A stretch of DNA of 64,000 nucleotides from Octopus sinensis (lineage: Eukaryota). Shown here one piece after another: positions 47,404 through 61,072 of this stretch. The DNA is taken from positions 80,848,001 to 80,912,000 of the forward strand of contig NC_043006.1 of the NCBI RefSeq assembly GCF_006345805.1. Direction: 5' to 3'. Below the pieces are notes generated by a model, which searched no databases, was not told the origin of the DNA, and was given only the letters and a program-made list of their open reading frames with translations. Within the stretch, counting starts at the first letter, position 1, and every line of letters starts with the position of its first letter. A program made the position numbers and the translations under genes.

Positions 47404-48178
47404 TCCTTCTTTCTTCAAATATTCTTCCGTTTCTCGCCGAGTGTTTTCCGTACACCTAGAGCAGAGAAGCTCATTGTGTACGTTCCCAGGTTACACACAC
47501 ATATTCACAGGTAAAATATGCATTTAAAAAGATTAATAAATATATAAATTCATGAATGAATGTTGTTTTCACAGCAATAATGCTCTTCTTAGTACATGAG
47601 CCGTTCCAGTTAACACGGTTTTGTGCACTTCCTGTAGGGATGGTAAGCCTGGTATCATTTTCAAATAGGTTTCAGTACCTTTTTTTATCATTCCTAGAGA
47701 TCCTGCAATCACGTCTTTATATTTACTGATCTTGTCAAATTCCTTCGCCGCTATATTGTGATCGCAAGGAATACTCATGTCAATTAATAAACATCTCCTT
47801 TTTGTCTAATCTTTTATAATGATATCCGATTTATTAGTTTTTATATTTTTGTCGGTATGTACGGGGAAGTCCCATAGAATCGACACATTTTCTCCCTCAG
47901 TCACAGCTTCAGGATGGTGCTTATACCATTTGTCAGCGGTTTTGATTTTATAATGCTGACATATTGTCCAGTGTAAATACTGGCCGTCTCTGTCATGTCT
48001 TGCTTTATATTCTACAGGTGCTACGGCTCTACATCCTGAGATTAGGTGGTCTATAGTTTCAATCTCATCGTTACAGAATCGGCATTTTGGGTCAGATCCA
48101 TTTTTATCACATTGTCTTGATATTTCCGGGTTAATAAGCTTTGATCTTGAGCAGCTAATATGAAACATTCACACAATA
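47404..48178 (-). mobile_element. 5'-truncated Dong family B copy in tandem behind the previous element
   Basis: DPKCRFCNDEIETIDHLISGC..HDRDG..LWDFPVHTD and MSIPCDHN..HVLRRALLL. The 3'UTR resembles 43418-43590; (ATT)n on both sides. Confidence 0.9.
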
Positions 48179-48187
48179 TTATTATGA

Positions 48188-48258
<71 letters not shown>

Positions 48259-48273
48259 GCTGGCAATATATAG

Positions 48274-48544
48274 CTGGAAATATGGGTGTTTCATTCAACA
48301 TCCTTAAACAACACTTATTCAAGGACCATTTGAGCTAGGTGAGCCACTCGATTTGAAGAAAATTCTAAATGGGTCCCACATACAAGGTCATGTGCTGTTT
48401 ATCTTGATATGCGATCAATATGCCACGCACATATGTTGGTGATGAATGTGCCTTGTGTACACTTATCGGACAAAGTAGACATGATATACTGGGCTTCGTA
48501 TATTTTACCCCAGTGTCACTTTGATAGCATGAACAGCTCTCTCA
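48274..48544 (+). mobile_element. 5'-truncated, older copy of the ~555-nt AAT-tailed element
   Basis: Collinear with the 3' half of the element and ending CTCTCTC-(AAT)n. Confidence 0.82.
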
Positions 48545-48562
48545 ATAATAATAATAATAATG

Positions 48563-48629
<67 letters not shown>

Positions 48630-48863
48630 GCTTTTCTACTAAAGGATGAATTATGACACAATGTATTCCATAAAAACCTGACTAGTCTCGCGCGTCCGGT
48701 GCAAAAAACAATCAGTAGATCGTATCTTTATAGAAACTATATTAAATTATATTTTATCTCTGACTGGATGGAGTACGTTTTCTGTTAGTGTATCCTTAAT
48801 TGAACAGTAACACACACACTCACATATGGCCATATATGTGTGTGTCCATATGTATATAAATGC

Positions 48864-48925
<62 letters not shown>

Positions 48926-49016
48926 TATATGTATGTATATATACTTATACATATATAGGTATGTATATATACACACACACATATATATATGTATGTATAT
49001 ATACACACGTGCATAC

Positions 49017-49073
<57 letters not shown>

Positions 49074-50004
49074 ATATACATATATACTTATATCTATACA
49101 TACATGCTAACATATCTGTCTACATGAGTACGATCTGCTACTGTGTATATATACGTATAATGAGTCTTCTTGTTGACTACCGCTTGTAAGCAATCACTAA
49201 CAAATGTCAATTTATAATTTATAAGACCTGTCAGAAATTGCAAAAATGTAGATTTTATAACATAGCTGATGAAATATATAAAAATTGTAGTAAATAAAGA
49301 AAATCGTGAAAATTACTAAAAACTAACCAAATAAGTTTATGGTAACTGATACACACGTTTGCGAGCTTATAGAACACGGCTAGAATTGCAAGTTACATTT
49401 ATTATATTTTGGCTCCGTGTCGTTGCCATTCACATTAGACCAGTAGCAAAAGTGGTGATTATGACTAACACGTTAATTTTCTCCTGGTTGTATGTATCGG
49501 GTATTTATTTTATTGTGGAGTATAAATTTCTGGTCCAATCTCTTTTTTTTATTCTTTTTTTTTTGTTTGTTTGTTAGTATTTACTGTTTGAAAATATTAG
49601 CACTTTAGAAACCTTTATAATGCAAATATTAGTAATTGAGCAACAAGAAGTCGAAAATATTGGATCAAATTCAGTTTGCCTAAACCTCGCAAACTTGTAG
49701 CCATTTACACTTTGTTGTACAACAGTAGCACTCCACCATGTTGCTGTGTAGGGAATATTTTCAAGTTAATTATGCAGAAATATTAGAGTGACTCTAATAA
49801 TTTCTGTGGAGATTCTATGCTTCAACCACTACATTTCTTCACGAAGGAACAGTGTCTCAATTTTACTTACGTTAGTATTTTCAAGAATAACAGTATATAG
49901 TATTTTCTTATCAAATGAAATGCTTCCGAATCAATCAGCGCTAAGGTGCATCTTTTCGAATTTTCCCTCTGCAACCTCCGTCTGTAAAATGAAATCCCCA
50001 TGGT

Positions 50005-50036
<32 letters not shown>

Positions 50037-50104
50037 CATACATACATACATAGTGTACTGCGCCCTTGTTGATTACATCTGCTAAAAGAACTCATTCCGC
50101 TATC

Positions 50105-50216
50105 GTGAAATGTCATATGGTTCTGAGTTCAGCCGCAGGGTGTGGCACCTTGAGTGTATGACTTCTACTGTAACCTCGAACCAACCAAAGCGTTGTGAGT
50201 CGATTTGCAAGATGGA

Positions 50217-50260
<44 letters not shown>

Positions 50261-50410
50261 TGTGTGTGTGTATGTGTGTGCATGTGTGTATGTGTAACAT
50301 TGTGTTTGTGTTTATCCCACAACCACTGCTTGGAAACCGTGTTTGTGAGCTTATCTCCCCGTAAAAGAGATTGATAGAATAAGTAACAGATTTTAAAAGA
50401 TATGCTTTGC
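50105..50410 (+). mobile_element. Old OR-type SINE (head, internal (TG)n, body), tail missing
   Basis: GGTTCTGAGTTCAG..GTGGCACCTTG..CTTCTACT..ACCAAAGC.TTGTGAGT, then (TG)n, then AAAGAGA..GATAGAATAAGTA. Confidence 0.65.
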
Positions 50411-50437
50411 ATGTATATATATATATATATATATATA

Positions 50438-51427
50438 GATGACACAAAAGTCTCCCACGCAATACAAAACCCTGAAAATATTGCGCATCTGCAACATGAG
50501 CTGGACACAATATACAGGTGGGCTGAGGACAACAACATGCAGTTTAATGCAGGTAAGTTCTTGGCCCTGCGCTATTGGCACACAAAGGTAAATGACGTGA
50601 AGACTGGATACACTGGCCCAGGAAGAATTGCAATCCCTGAGTCAAAATCAGTGCGTAACCTGGGCATTGACATGAGCAATGATGCATCTTTCCAAATGCA
50701 TATTGCTAATCTGGTGATAAAATGCAGACGGCTAGCTGGATGGATTCTCCGAACTTTCAGAACAAGAGAGAAGGAGACACTGATGGTCCTATGGAAAACA
50801 TTCGTCCTCAGCCGCTTGGACTACTGCTCCCAACTTTGGTCACCACACAATATAAAACAAACAGCAGAACTCGAAGCAATTTAGAGAAGCTACACAAAGA
50901 AAATCGTCTCAATGCAAAATATCAGCTACTGGGAAAGACTGAAGGTATTAAACCTCTTCTCCCTAGAGCGGAGGCGGGAGAGATATGCAGTGATATACAT
51001 CTGGAAAATCCTGGAGGGTCTTGTCCCAAACTTTGGCATTCAAAGTTACTCCAACCGCAGAACAGGGCGCCGCTGCGTGGTGCCAAGGATTCCAATATCA
51101 CCATCAAAATACAGGTCCAGATACTGCAACAGCTTGGGTTTCAGAGGACCACAGCTCTTTAACATCCTCCCTAAATGCCTGAGAGACTTACATGGTGTGG
51201 ATGTGGGTTTCTTTAAAACTAAACTGGATCTCTTCTTGTTGGGAGTCCCAGATGAACCTACCTCACGACAGGAGACGCGGATGCGGGCAGCAGCATCGAA
51301 CTCCCTTGTTGATCAAGTGCCACGTATCAGAGGTGGATTCACAAACTAGTGTAGCTCATTCAGCGGTGGTGCCCCAGCATGGCCGCGGTCTTCGGGCTAA
51401 AACATTTTTAAGGATTTAAGGATTTAA

Positions 51428-51428
<1 letters not shown>
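50438..51428 (+). mobile_element. 5'-truncated CR1/L2-group LINE (RT C-terminal half to 3' tail), nearly intact
   Basis: Starts at DDTK of the RT catalytic motif. Reads VRNLGI..SRLDYCSQLWSP..(one TAG)..YWERLKVLNLFSLERRRERY..FKTKLD.FL..VPDEP..AASNSLVDQ, with a (TTTAAGGA)3 tail. Confidence 0.9.
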
Positions 51429-51492
<64 letters not shown>

Positions 51493-52029
51493 AGGGGAGA
51501 GAGAGAGAGAGGGGGAGAGAGAGAGTGAGAGAAATATTAATATTTCTAAGTGTCTGTAAAGGAGACTACGGCAGCGGTACTGGATATTAATTGTTATCGC
51601 CAAGCTAACATAGCAGTCCAGAAAAATAGGACGAATGCTGCCGTTGATTAGCTCCAAGAGGCCATCGCCTCTTGCTAGCTACGTAGCACACTAACCTATG
51701 TCCATAATAACCTTCGGACAGGGGAGGTCAGCCGCTTCCCCTTGCCTCTTTGGCATCTATAGACTGGTTTCATGGTATTTGCACCTTATCAATGTAGAGC
51801 AGCCGAGTCAGGCAGGTGTCGCTACTGACCGTCTATTCGAAGTATTATTTACCCAAATTCAGTGGAACACATTTACTGGTTTTCAAAAATACAAATATTA
51901 AAATTTGTAAGTCTCTCTAAACAACAACAACAAAAACAACAACAACAACAACAACAACAAAAACAACAACAACAACAACATCATCATCATCATCAAAAAC
52001 AACAACAATAATAATAACAGTAATAATAA

Positions 52030-52087
<58 letters not shown>

Positions 52088-52089
<2 letters not shown>

Positions 52090-52240
52090 CACCGAAAAAT
52101 ACCTTGGGAAAGAGAACCCATGTAGGAAATTTCCCCAAGACATCTGATCAAGGCTAGAAGGTATTTCAGCCGAGACGTTGTGTTAACAATCAAGATGAGG
52201 ACAAATATTCGCCAAATGTAAATAATGTAAATAATGAGTC
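52088..52240 (+). ncRNA. Hammerhead-bearing short repeat (family 1, copy 2), core mutated
   Basis: GACAT-CTGATCA-AGGCT...CAGCC-GAGAC-GTT-GTGTT at 52139-52184. Homologous to 32240-32390 and follows an (AAT)n array. Confidence 0.65.
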
Positions 52241-52259
52241 TACTGGCATCTTCAATGGA

Positions 52260-55100
52260 GAACAACAGGAAAAGTTCTCAAAGAGAATAAAAAAACAACA
52301 TATATACAATGTTGCTCTTAGACAGATCTTAAGTAATAAGGGCAATGCCATAACAACCTTAAATAACCTCATCGATTCATCTGCTAACGTTGTAACTAGG
52401 TATCAGGACGACACTGAAAAGAACCAACCATTTCAATAGAGCCCCTAATTAGAAAGTAGTAATAGAAAAAGACATGGCATCCCTGCGGACAGATGCATCA
52501 GTTCTCGATTAGCTTGCTAGAGGAGTAAATGTTAAGACGAAATGAGCTCGAAAAAAACAAGCAAAAATTAAAAAAAATATAAAAGTTTATAAACCTCCTT
52601 GCAACCAAAGAACATTTGGAAAAAAAGGAATACAACTGAAAGCCCAACGGCTTGGACGGTATGAGAAACGAATCAAATTTTATCGACAAAACAAGATATT
52701 CAAAACGGATGCAAAAAATTTTTTATAGGGAAATTGATAAAAATGAGATAGAAGTAAAGAAGCCACCTAAGACTGAGGAAATGGAAGAGTTCTGGAAGAA
52801 GGTATGAGTCAAAAAAAAAAAAGAATATAATGCTAAAGCTGACTGGCGAGAGCGTGAAGGAGTGAGACTGAATGAAGTTGAAGAGCAGCAATGGAAGGCA
52901 ATAGGAATAGAAGAGCTAAGATGTGTTCGTAGGAAGTCTCACAAATAGAAAATTCCAGGCCTGGAGCGAATTCCTATCTTCTTGCTAAATTTAGCTGCAT
53001 CTCCAACTGATTTCATCCAAAGCAAATACCTGCCTGGTTGACTAAAGGAACAACATACCTTCTACCAAAAACTGAAGACAAAAAATCCAAAGAAATACCG
53101 ACGAATAACATTGTCAATACCATCTAAAATATCCTCAAATCCATATTATCTGTCAGAATATACACTTTCCTTGACCAAAGATCTATCCTTCAAAAATCAC
53201 CAAAACGCTGTAAAATGAATTTTTATGGGTGCCTAAACCAATTACTTATAAGAAAAATGATTGTAGAGAATTGCCGGAGCGAAAAGAAGAACCTGAGTAT
53301 GGCATGCATGGAATATAGGAAAGCGTTTGATAGTGCCCCACATAACTGGACACTCTAGGCCCTTGAAATATGTAAGAACTCGCCTGCCATCTCCAAATTG
53401 TTACAAGGTAGCATGGCTAAATGGAATACACGTCTCCTTCTAAACCATTGTAATGAGATGAGCCAAACTAACAGCATCAACATCAAACGAGGCATCTTTC
53501 AAGGTGACTACTGCTCCCCATTACTCTTTTGCATGACACTGATTCCGCTCTGAAACGAACTAAATAATACCAGGTATGGGTTTAAAGTTTACAATACGAT
53601 AATAAACCATCTGTTTTATATGGATGATCTGAAGCTGTTTGCTAGAAATGACGAAGAGCTAGTAAGGCTGCTAACAACTATTATAGAATTCAGAAATAAC
53701 ATCGGGATGGACTTTGGCCTTGATAAGTGTGCTAAAGCAACATTTGCAAGGAGCTTGACCCACAAGAAAATTGCAATTACCTAGGGATTAACGAAGGAGA
53801 TTGTATAGAACATGCTACTATGAAGGAACAAATAAGAAAAGAATATTACAGGAGAATAAGACTTATACTAAACACAGAACTCAACTCTAAATATCGCATC
53901 GAAGCCATTAAAACCCTGGTACTTCCAGTATTACAATATAGTTTCAACATCATTAACTGGAATCTTGCACAGCTCCAACGCCTGGACAGGAAGACAAGAA
54001 AAATACTAATTTCTAAGTACATGCTTCACCAAAAAGCAGATGCTGATCGTCTGTACCTACCTATAAGTAACGAGGGAAGAGGAATGATATAGGTAGAACT
54101 GTGCTATAAGACCTCCATAATAGCAATGAGCATGTACTTATCTAGTACAGAGAACCGGACGCTGCGACGAAAGCAGCAAAATCTCACATTCGATTGTCAA
54201 GGAAGCTTGAAAATTCGCAAGGGAACTTGGGCATTAATCCTGAAATAGTCGAAGAACCTGAAACTAGTACCACAATACGAGCAAAGGAGATCAACCAGAC
54301 TGCAAAAAAGAACGGGCAGAAACAAATTCAGGAGCGATGGAGCCATAGACAGTATATACTTCGAAGTCTGCATAAACGGTATATACTTCGAAGTCCAAAT
54401 GCTAATGTAGATCAAGCAACAACCCATCAGTGGCTGAGAAGTTCAGGATTGAGAAAAAGAGCCTCATGGTTTCATATTGGCGGCACAAGACCAAAGCTTG
54501 CTCACAAAAAGACTACCAGGCTAAAGTTCTTCAAAATGGTTCTGACCCTAAATGCAGATTCTGTAATACATTTGACAAAACAATTAACCATCTCGTCTCG
54601 AGATGTCCTGTTCTGACACCAAATGAATATAAAAATCATCACAATAGGGTAGGGCAGTATTTACATTGGAAAATATGTAAACACTACAATATAAACACTG
54701 CTGCTTACTGGTATGAACATCATCCTGAGTCAGTCGTTGAAGGTAAATTTTTTATTATCTTCTGGGATTTTCCAGTCAACACTGACATAACGATCCAGGC
54801 ATGATTATTAAAGAGAGGGGAGTAAAGACTTGTACACTAATAGATGTAAGTGTTCCCACTAATAAAAATATATGTCAAGGAATTTGACAAACTAGGTACA
54901 TATAAGGACCTGGAAAAGGAAATACATAAGAAGTGGCATCTTAATATGAGAACTGTTCCCGTTATTATTATTGTAAGTGCCCTAGGTATGATAAAATAAA
55001 TGGGTGTCAGAAACATCTAGATAAGATCCCAGGAGAACCATGTCTCAGAGAAATCCAAGTACTGACAAGTACTGTTCACATCCTTAGAGAAACCTAAGGG
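52260..55100 (+). mobile_element. Degenerate Dong-like LINE (family B-like)
   Basis: Fragments IFQGD, LFYMDDLKLF, KEQIRKEYYRRIRLIL, QWLRSSGL, DPKCRFCNTFD..HNRVG and ALGMIK, with many stops and frameshifts. Confidence 0.9.
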
Positions 55101-55107
55101 GTGGACA

Positions 55108-55143
<36 letters not shown>

Positions 55144-55605
55144 GCACCTCTGCTACTCATGATGATGATAGTGATGCTACTGCTGCTGATTATTATTATT
55201 TTTATGATGTTAATAATGATTGTTATGATGATGATGATGATCATTATGATCATAGTAATGAAAATTTAATAATGAAAAGTAGATTATGAAGAAGAGTAAC
55301 AAGAAAAATAAGAAAAACTCAAGAAAAAAATTATTTCACATTTTGCATGATTGATTCTAAACTGTGATGAATAGATAAAAAAAATATTAAAAATAAAATA
55401 ACACCATCTAAAACACACAAATAAAACAGGTAAAAACAGAAACAGATGATGATATTTCTTTGTCTGGTATTTGATTAATATTTCATATTATTTCTGTAGA
55501 AGCTTGAAATCAATGATCTCGTTCGTTAAATGTGATTTAGGCAACTTGATTCTATGTATTTTCATTTGCGATTTCATTTGAATGTATGTGTGCGTGTGTG
55601 TTTGT

Positions 55606-55790
55606 TAAGGCGACATTAGCACGCCGGGCAAAACGCTTAGCGACACTTAGCCCTTCTTTGTGTTCTGAGCTCCGATACAGTCGAGGTCGACTTGGCGTTT
55701 CATCATTTTGGGATTGATAAATTAAACACCAGTTGAACGCTGGAGTTGATGTAATCGACCAACTCCTCCCCAAAATTTCAAACAAATATT
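55606..55790 (+). mobile_element. Old OK-like SINE
   Basis: TTAGCACGCCGGGCAAAA.GCTTAGCG..GAGGTCGACTT..GATAAATT..GATGTAATCGAC. Confidence 0.7.
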
Positions 55791-55814
55791 ATATATTACT
55801 TCTTATTTCTTTTT

Positions 55815-56048
55815 TCATTTCTTTATTGCCCACAAGGGGCTAAACATAGAGGGGACAAACAAGGACAGACAAAGGGAATAAGTCGATTACATCGATCTAA
55901 GTGCGTAACTGGTACTTATTTAATCGACTCCGAAAGAATGAAAGGCTAAGTCGACCTCGGCAGAATTTTAACTTAGAACATAACGGCAGACAAAATACGG
56001 CTACGCATTCCGCCCGGCGTGCTAACGTTTCTGCCAGCTCTCCGCCCT
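55815..56048 (-). mobile_element. Young full-length OK-like SINE
   Basis: Head GGCGGAGAGCTGGCAGAAACGTTAGC, core, and tail CCCCTTGTGGGCAATAAAGAAA. An imperfect ~15-bp TSD GAAGT(G/A)ATAT.. is present. Confidence 0.9.
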
Positions 56049-56934
56049 ATGTTATATCACTTCTATAGACAAGTTGAAATCAATGATATCGTCGGTTAAA
56101 TTTTATTTAAATAACTTGATTCTGTGTATTTTCACTCCCGTTTTAATTTCAGCGTGTGTGTCTGCACGTGTGTGTGTGTGTGTGGTGTGTGTGTGTGTGT
56201 GTGTGTGTGTGCCTGTGCGTGCGTGTCGGTATATGTTTGTATATATTTGCACTCACTTTCGTCCACAACATCTTTCTCCACTTCTTTATTCACCTACAAA
56301 CTATTTATATGCTGTTCACCCACAAGCAATTATTTCTATTTTCTCCCTAGGAATTAACAGAAAACGCAGATAACGCGCGGTAAAATGTAATAAAATGAAA
56401 CTATAAAATAATGACTTCCAGACAGAAAAGAAAAAAAGAGAAAAAATACAATATATTTTATTTCTGACATTTCATTCCAACGTTAAAGAATACTCATTTA
56501 TTTTTCAACCGTTCAATACACAAGATATCACAGTTTTATTTGATCAATTCATTAGTACTGCTCCAGGACAAGACTCACTACTGATATTATTGTATTGATT
56601 TGAACAATCCATGTCTCACCACCAGAATGACCGGAGGGCTGGTCATTAACCTCTTTTTACTCATACATAATAAAATACTACTATCGATGTTGTGGAATAA
56701 ATGTTTGGAAACTTTTGTCTATTCCCAGTCCGGAAACTAGTTTCTAAACAAGTCATTTATTGCATTTTATACTATTGAATACTATACTGTCATTTGTTTA
56801 TAGGTTTCAACGGGGTAATTCACGGGTCCACTATGTTTTAAACTTTGCAGATGTTAAAGGAAATCTTTGTAAGGGGTACATTAACTAACATAATAGAGCA
56901 AAACGTGAAAAGCCTCTCCTTTTCATGCTTCGCA

Positions 56935-57285
56935 CTTCACCTGTATGCTGAAACCCCCTTCAGTCATGACTGACCATTGGATTATACCTAGAAAGTCACC
57001 CTCCCAGACACAAGTCCGGGCAAGGTTGTTTATGGAGGACCACCAGTCGCCCATACATACCGGCCTCCCCTCACCACGCCACCAGTATTATCCAAGGGAA
57101 AGGCAAAGGCCGATACAGCTTGGTACCTGTGACGTCGCAACTCATTTCTACAGCTGAGTGAACTGGAGCAACGTGAAATAAAGTGTCTTGCCCAAGAACA
57201 CAACACGCAGTCCGGTCCAGGATTCGAACTCAAAACCTCAAGATCGTAAGCTCGACGCTCTATCCTCTGAGCCATGTGGCTTCAC
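56935..57285 (-). mobile_element. tRNA-derived CORE-type SINE (OR-like)
   Basis: A-box TGGCTCAGAGGATAG and B-box GAGTTCGAATCC, followed by CORE-like TGTGTTCTTGGGCAAGACACTTT..CAGCTGTAGAAATGAGT. Confidence 0.82.
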
Positions 57286-57307
57286 CTGTATAATTCATAT
57301 ACATACA

Positions 57308-57338
<31 letters not shown>

Positions 57339-57339
57339 C

Positions 57340-57835
<496 letters not shown>

Positions 57836-57868
57836 AACGTACTTAGACTTATGTATAGACATGCATAC

Positions 57869-57919
<51 letters not shown>

Positions 57920-57984
57920 GTGTGTGTGTGTGTGTATGTATATGTATATATACTACACTATGATCTTAGCCAAAAGGTCGATAT

Positions 57985-58028
<44 letters not shown>

Positions 58029-58199
58029 ATATAATATATATATATATATTATATATATATATATATTATATGAAAGAACTTAACAGGAACCGATCCGTTT
58101 TGATATCTGTCAAACGATAATAAGCCATCACATGCCCCGTGAACAGCGAATTTCAGTGATCATTTGTACATTCATTTTCATTTCATCCCGGAAGATTCG

Positions 58200-58950
58200 A
58201 ATGTGAATATGCTAATCGCTGTTATGTTCATCTTAGAAGAACATAGGAGAACGGACATGTCAGAAATGGTTTCAAAATTTCCGTTCTGGAGATTTTTCAC
58301 TCAATGATGGCCAACGTTCTGGTCGAGCTACTGAAATTGATGATGACAGAATCAAAACCTTAATTGAATCTGTTTGTCATACAATTGCGTGAGAGATTGC
58401 AGATAGTTTAAATGTATCACTCACAACAATTGAAAACCACATAAAATACCTTGGACTCGTTAAGAAGCTCGATATTTGAATCCCCCATAAATTAAAAGAG
58501 ATTCACTGAACACAACGAATCAATATTTGCGATAGGCGTCTCAAACGCAATGAAATTAACCTTTTTTGAAACGAGTAAGAACTGGTGATGAAAAAAGGAT
58601 TCTCTACAATAAAATTAATCGAAAACGATCGTGGTCCAAGTGTAATGAACCAGCATCGAAAGCTGAATTGCATCAAAAATGGTCATGCTATCAATTTAGT
58701 GGAATTACAAAGGTGTTGTATATTTTGAGCTGATTCGAAGGAACCAAACGATCAATTCAGATGTTTACTATCAATAACTAATGAAACTAAAGGAAACAAT
58801 GAAAGAAATATGACTAGAATTGGCAAATTGTAAAGGAATCGTGTTCCATCATGACAACGCTAGATCACATACGGCTTTCAGTCTTTGTATGAAAAACATG
58901 ACTTTATTTCACACTAAAAAACGGAATTACTTTCTTGCTAACCCAATATA
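58200..58950 (+). mobile_element. Degenerate mariner (DD34D-type) transposon with 3' TIR
   Basis: ERTCQKWFQNFRSGDFSLND..RSGR, IPHKL, TGDEK, GVVYFEL..TINSDVY and FHHDNARSH. TIR-like AAAAACGGAATTACTTTCTTGCTAACCCAATA. Confidence 0.9.
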
Positions 58951-60079
58951 TCCATCGATTCATCCATCCATCTGTCTATCCGTCCATCCATCCATCCATC
59001 CATCCATCCATCCATCCATCCATCCATATATATGTGTGTGTATGTGTGTGTATGTGTGTATATGTATGCATGTATGTATGTATGTATGTATGTATGTATG
59101 TATGTATGTATGTATGTATGTATGCATGTATGTATGTATGTATGTATGTATGTATGTATGTATGTATGCATGTATGTATGTATGTATGTATGTATGTGTG
59201 TATGTGTGTATGTATGTATACGACTGGCTTGTGCGGATTTTGTATATGGAATTTAGTGAGAAGGCACTGACCGATGAGGCAACCATAGAAGACAATTTCG
59301 TAGAGTCTCGTGCTGTTGATGCCTATGACATGAAACCGCGAGATTGCGAAGCAGTTACCTTAATCAAACAGGCACAAGTGAGTGTGTCTGTGTGTGTGTG
59401 TGTTTGTGTATTTTTCATTTATCTCGTCTTTGGTTCCCCATTTCCATTACGCAACGTCCCTATCTGTTAATTTATCAAGGATGAAGTCTTTGAGCGAAAT
59501 ACTTGAGAGATTTAGAGATAATGTAGCGACAAGAAGTGAAAATTGGAATTTAATTCTGAACAATTTGTAAAGGCTTTCATATAATAGTCTTCTCTGAAGA
59601 TAGCAGCACTTATAATTATTTTCTAATGACCAAAATGGGATCAAAAACAAGAGTCGATAAATTTTAGAACGCTTTTATGTTAATTTAAATTTACAGAAAA
59701 CAAGAAAATTTCACGTTGCTTTCGCAAGCATTTTATAGTACGTTAAATTCCAAGATGAATTAATCCATAAATATGTTCAGTACTTGGTTGCATATTGTTT
59801 ACCTTCCCCTACTTCCCTTTTCTTCAATGAGAATATTTTACGCCATACTTTTCAAACCTCATTGCTTCAAAATACAATCTCACTTAGGAGACTGACAAAC
59901 ATGGTGAAACATCTTGTTGCAAATTGCTATCAACTGCCTAATTTTAAAAAGATTTTATAACCATGCAGTACAACATTAATTTTATATATCTCCGCAGTTT
60001 ACAACATTTTAATTTTTTATTTCGTTCATTATAACGTGTAACGGATATTTATTTTTGTTTGTTTTTTATCTTTTGTATC

Positions 60080-60476
60080 TATCTAGAAATCAAAGGAAAT
60101 GAAAACCATTCCCTTCAGACTTTGTTTTCTTAACCTTGACATCAATGTTTTGAAACCGACAGTTCAGACAGTTTCTAAAGCAGAAATATCTTTATAGCAA
60201 ATATTCTGCTCAATGTCACAGATTTGCTTGTCAGTTGATTGACCTCAACCACTTGAGCATATCCCTTAGTGACTGAAAATATGTTTATCTCTGATCACAA
60301 GCAGGAGTAGTGAGGGAATATCATAACCATTTGTTGAGAGGAATTATTTAGGGTTTGAATTAATGTAGCAAAAGCTAAGTTTGGAAGAAATATTAGCCTT
60401 CTTTCAGACTTTCTAGGGGTAAGCATATAGGAAAATAACAGTTGCTAACCAAGGACATAAATTTTGTTATACAGCC
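60080..60476 (+). repeat. Second copy of the repeat at 6985-7410
   Basis: Collinear similarity with 6985-7410. Confidence 0.75.
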
Positions 60477-61072
60477 CATTCTTTGTCCAAGAATTTACAC
60501 ATGCCCTAATGTGTTTCTATACTGAGAAAACAAGGTATATGCCATTCAGTCAAGTTTTAGACTTATAAAATTAACCTTCATATGTTGTTCATTTGGACTG
60601 GTTAATAAATACGGTAGTTTCTTCTAGAATGGTGTTTTTTCTCGACATTTATATATGCCATTTCCACACCGTCAGCTCAGCTGTTGATAAAGTATAGTGC
60701 GTTCCGTTAATTGAACAAACTTTGAAAACACTAACTGTTTTCAGAGCTTGTTCAATCCCTGGTGCACATAGCTAATATCATCTTCCACTTCTCACGGTAT
60801 TGTGTACGCCGTCACTAAAGAAAATTATTTCCTCTATCTATCGTAGATAGTCTAACTATTGTAACCCTAATTTCAATATGTCTTACATTAGTTTCATCAT
60901 TAATTTTGATCTCTCTCACCATGTTTGCTATTGATCCCCTTTAGTTATGTGTGCATTAGAAGTGTATTGATTAATTACTCTAAAAAATCTAACCTAAAAA
61001 AGGGGACCTCAACAACTTGGCATACCTATTGGAAATATTGTTGAGGTAAATGAAATCAACTAGATGTAATAT

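Noticed and set aside
49940-49981. GGCRG peptide resembling Kunitz YGGC.GN
   Set aside because: The frame stops after nine more residues with no N..F or final cysteines.
59268-59345. CCGATGAGGCA...TGCC...GAAACC hammerhead-like string
   Set aside because: Spacing between stem II and GAAA is wrong and there is no stem I.
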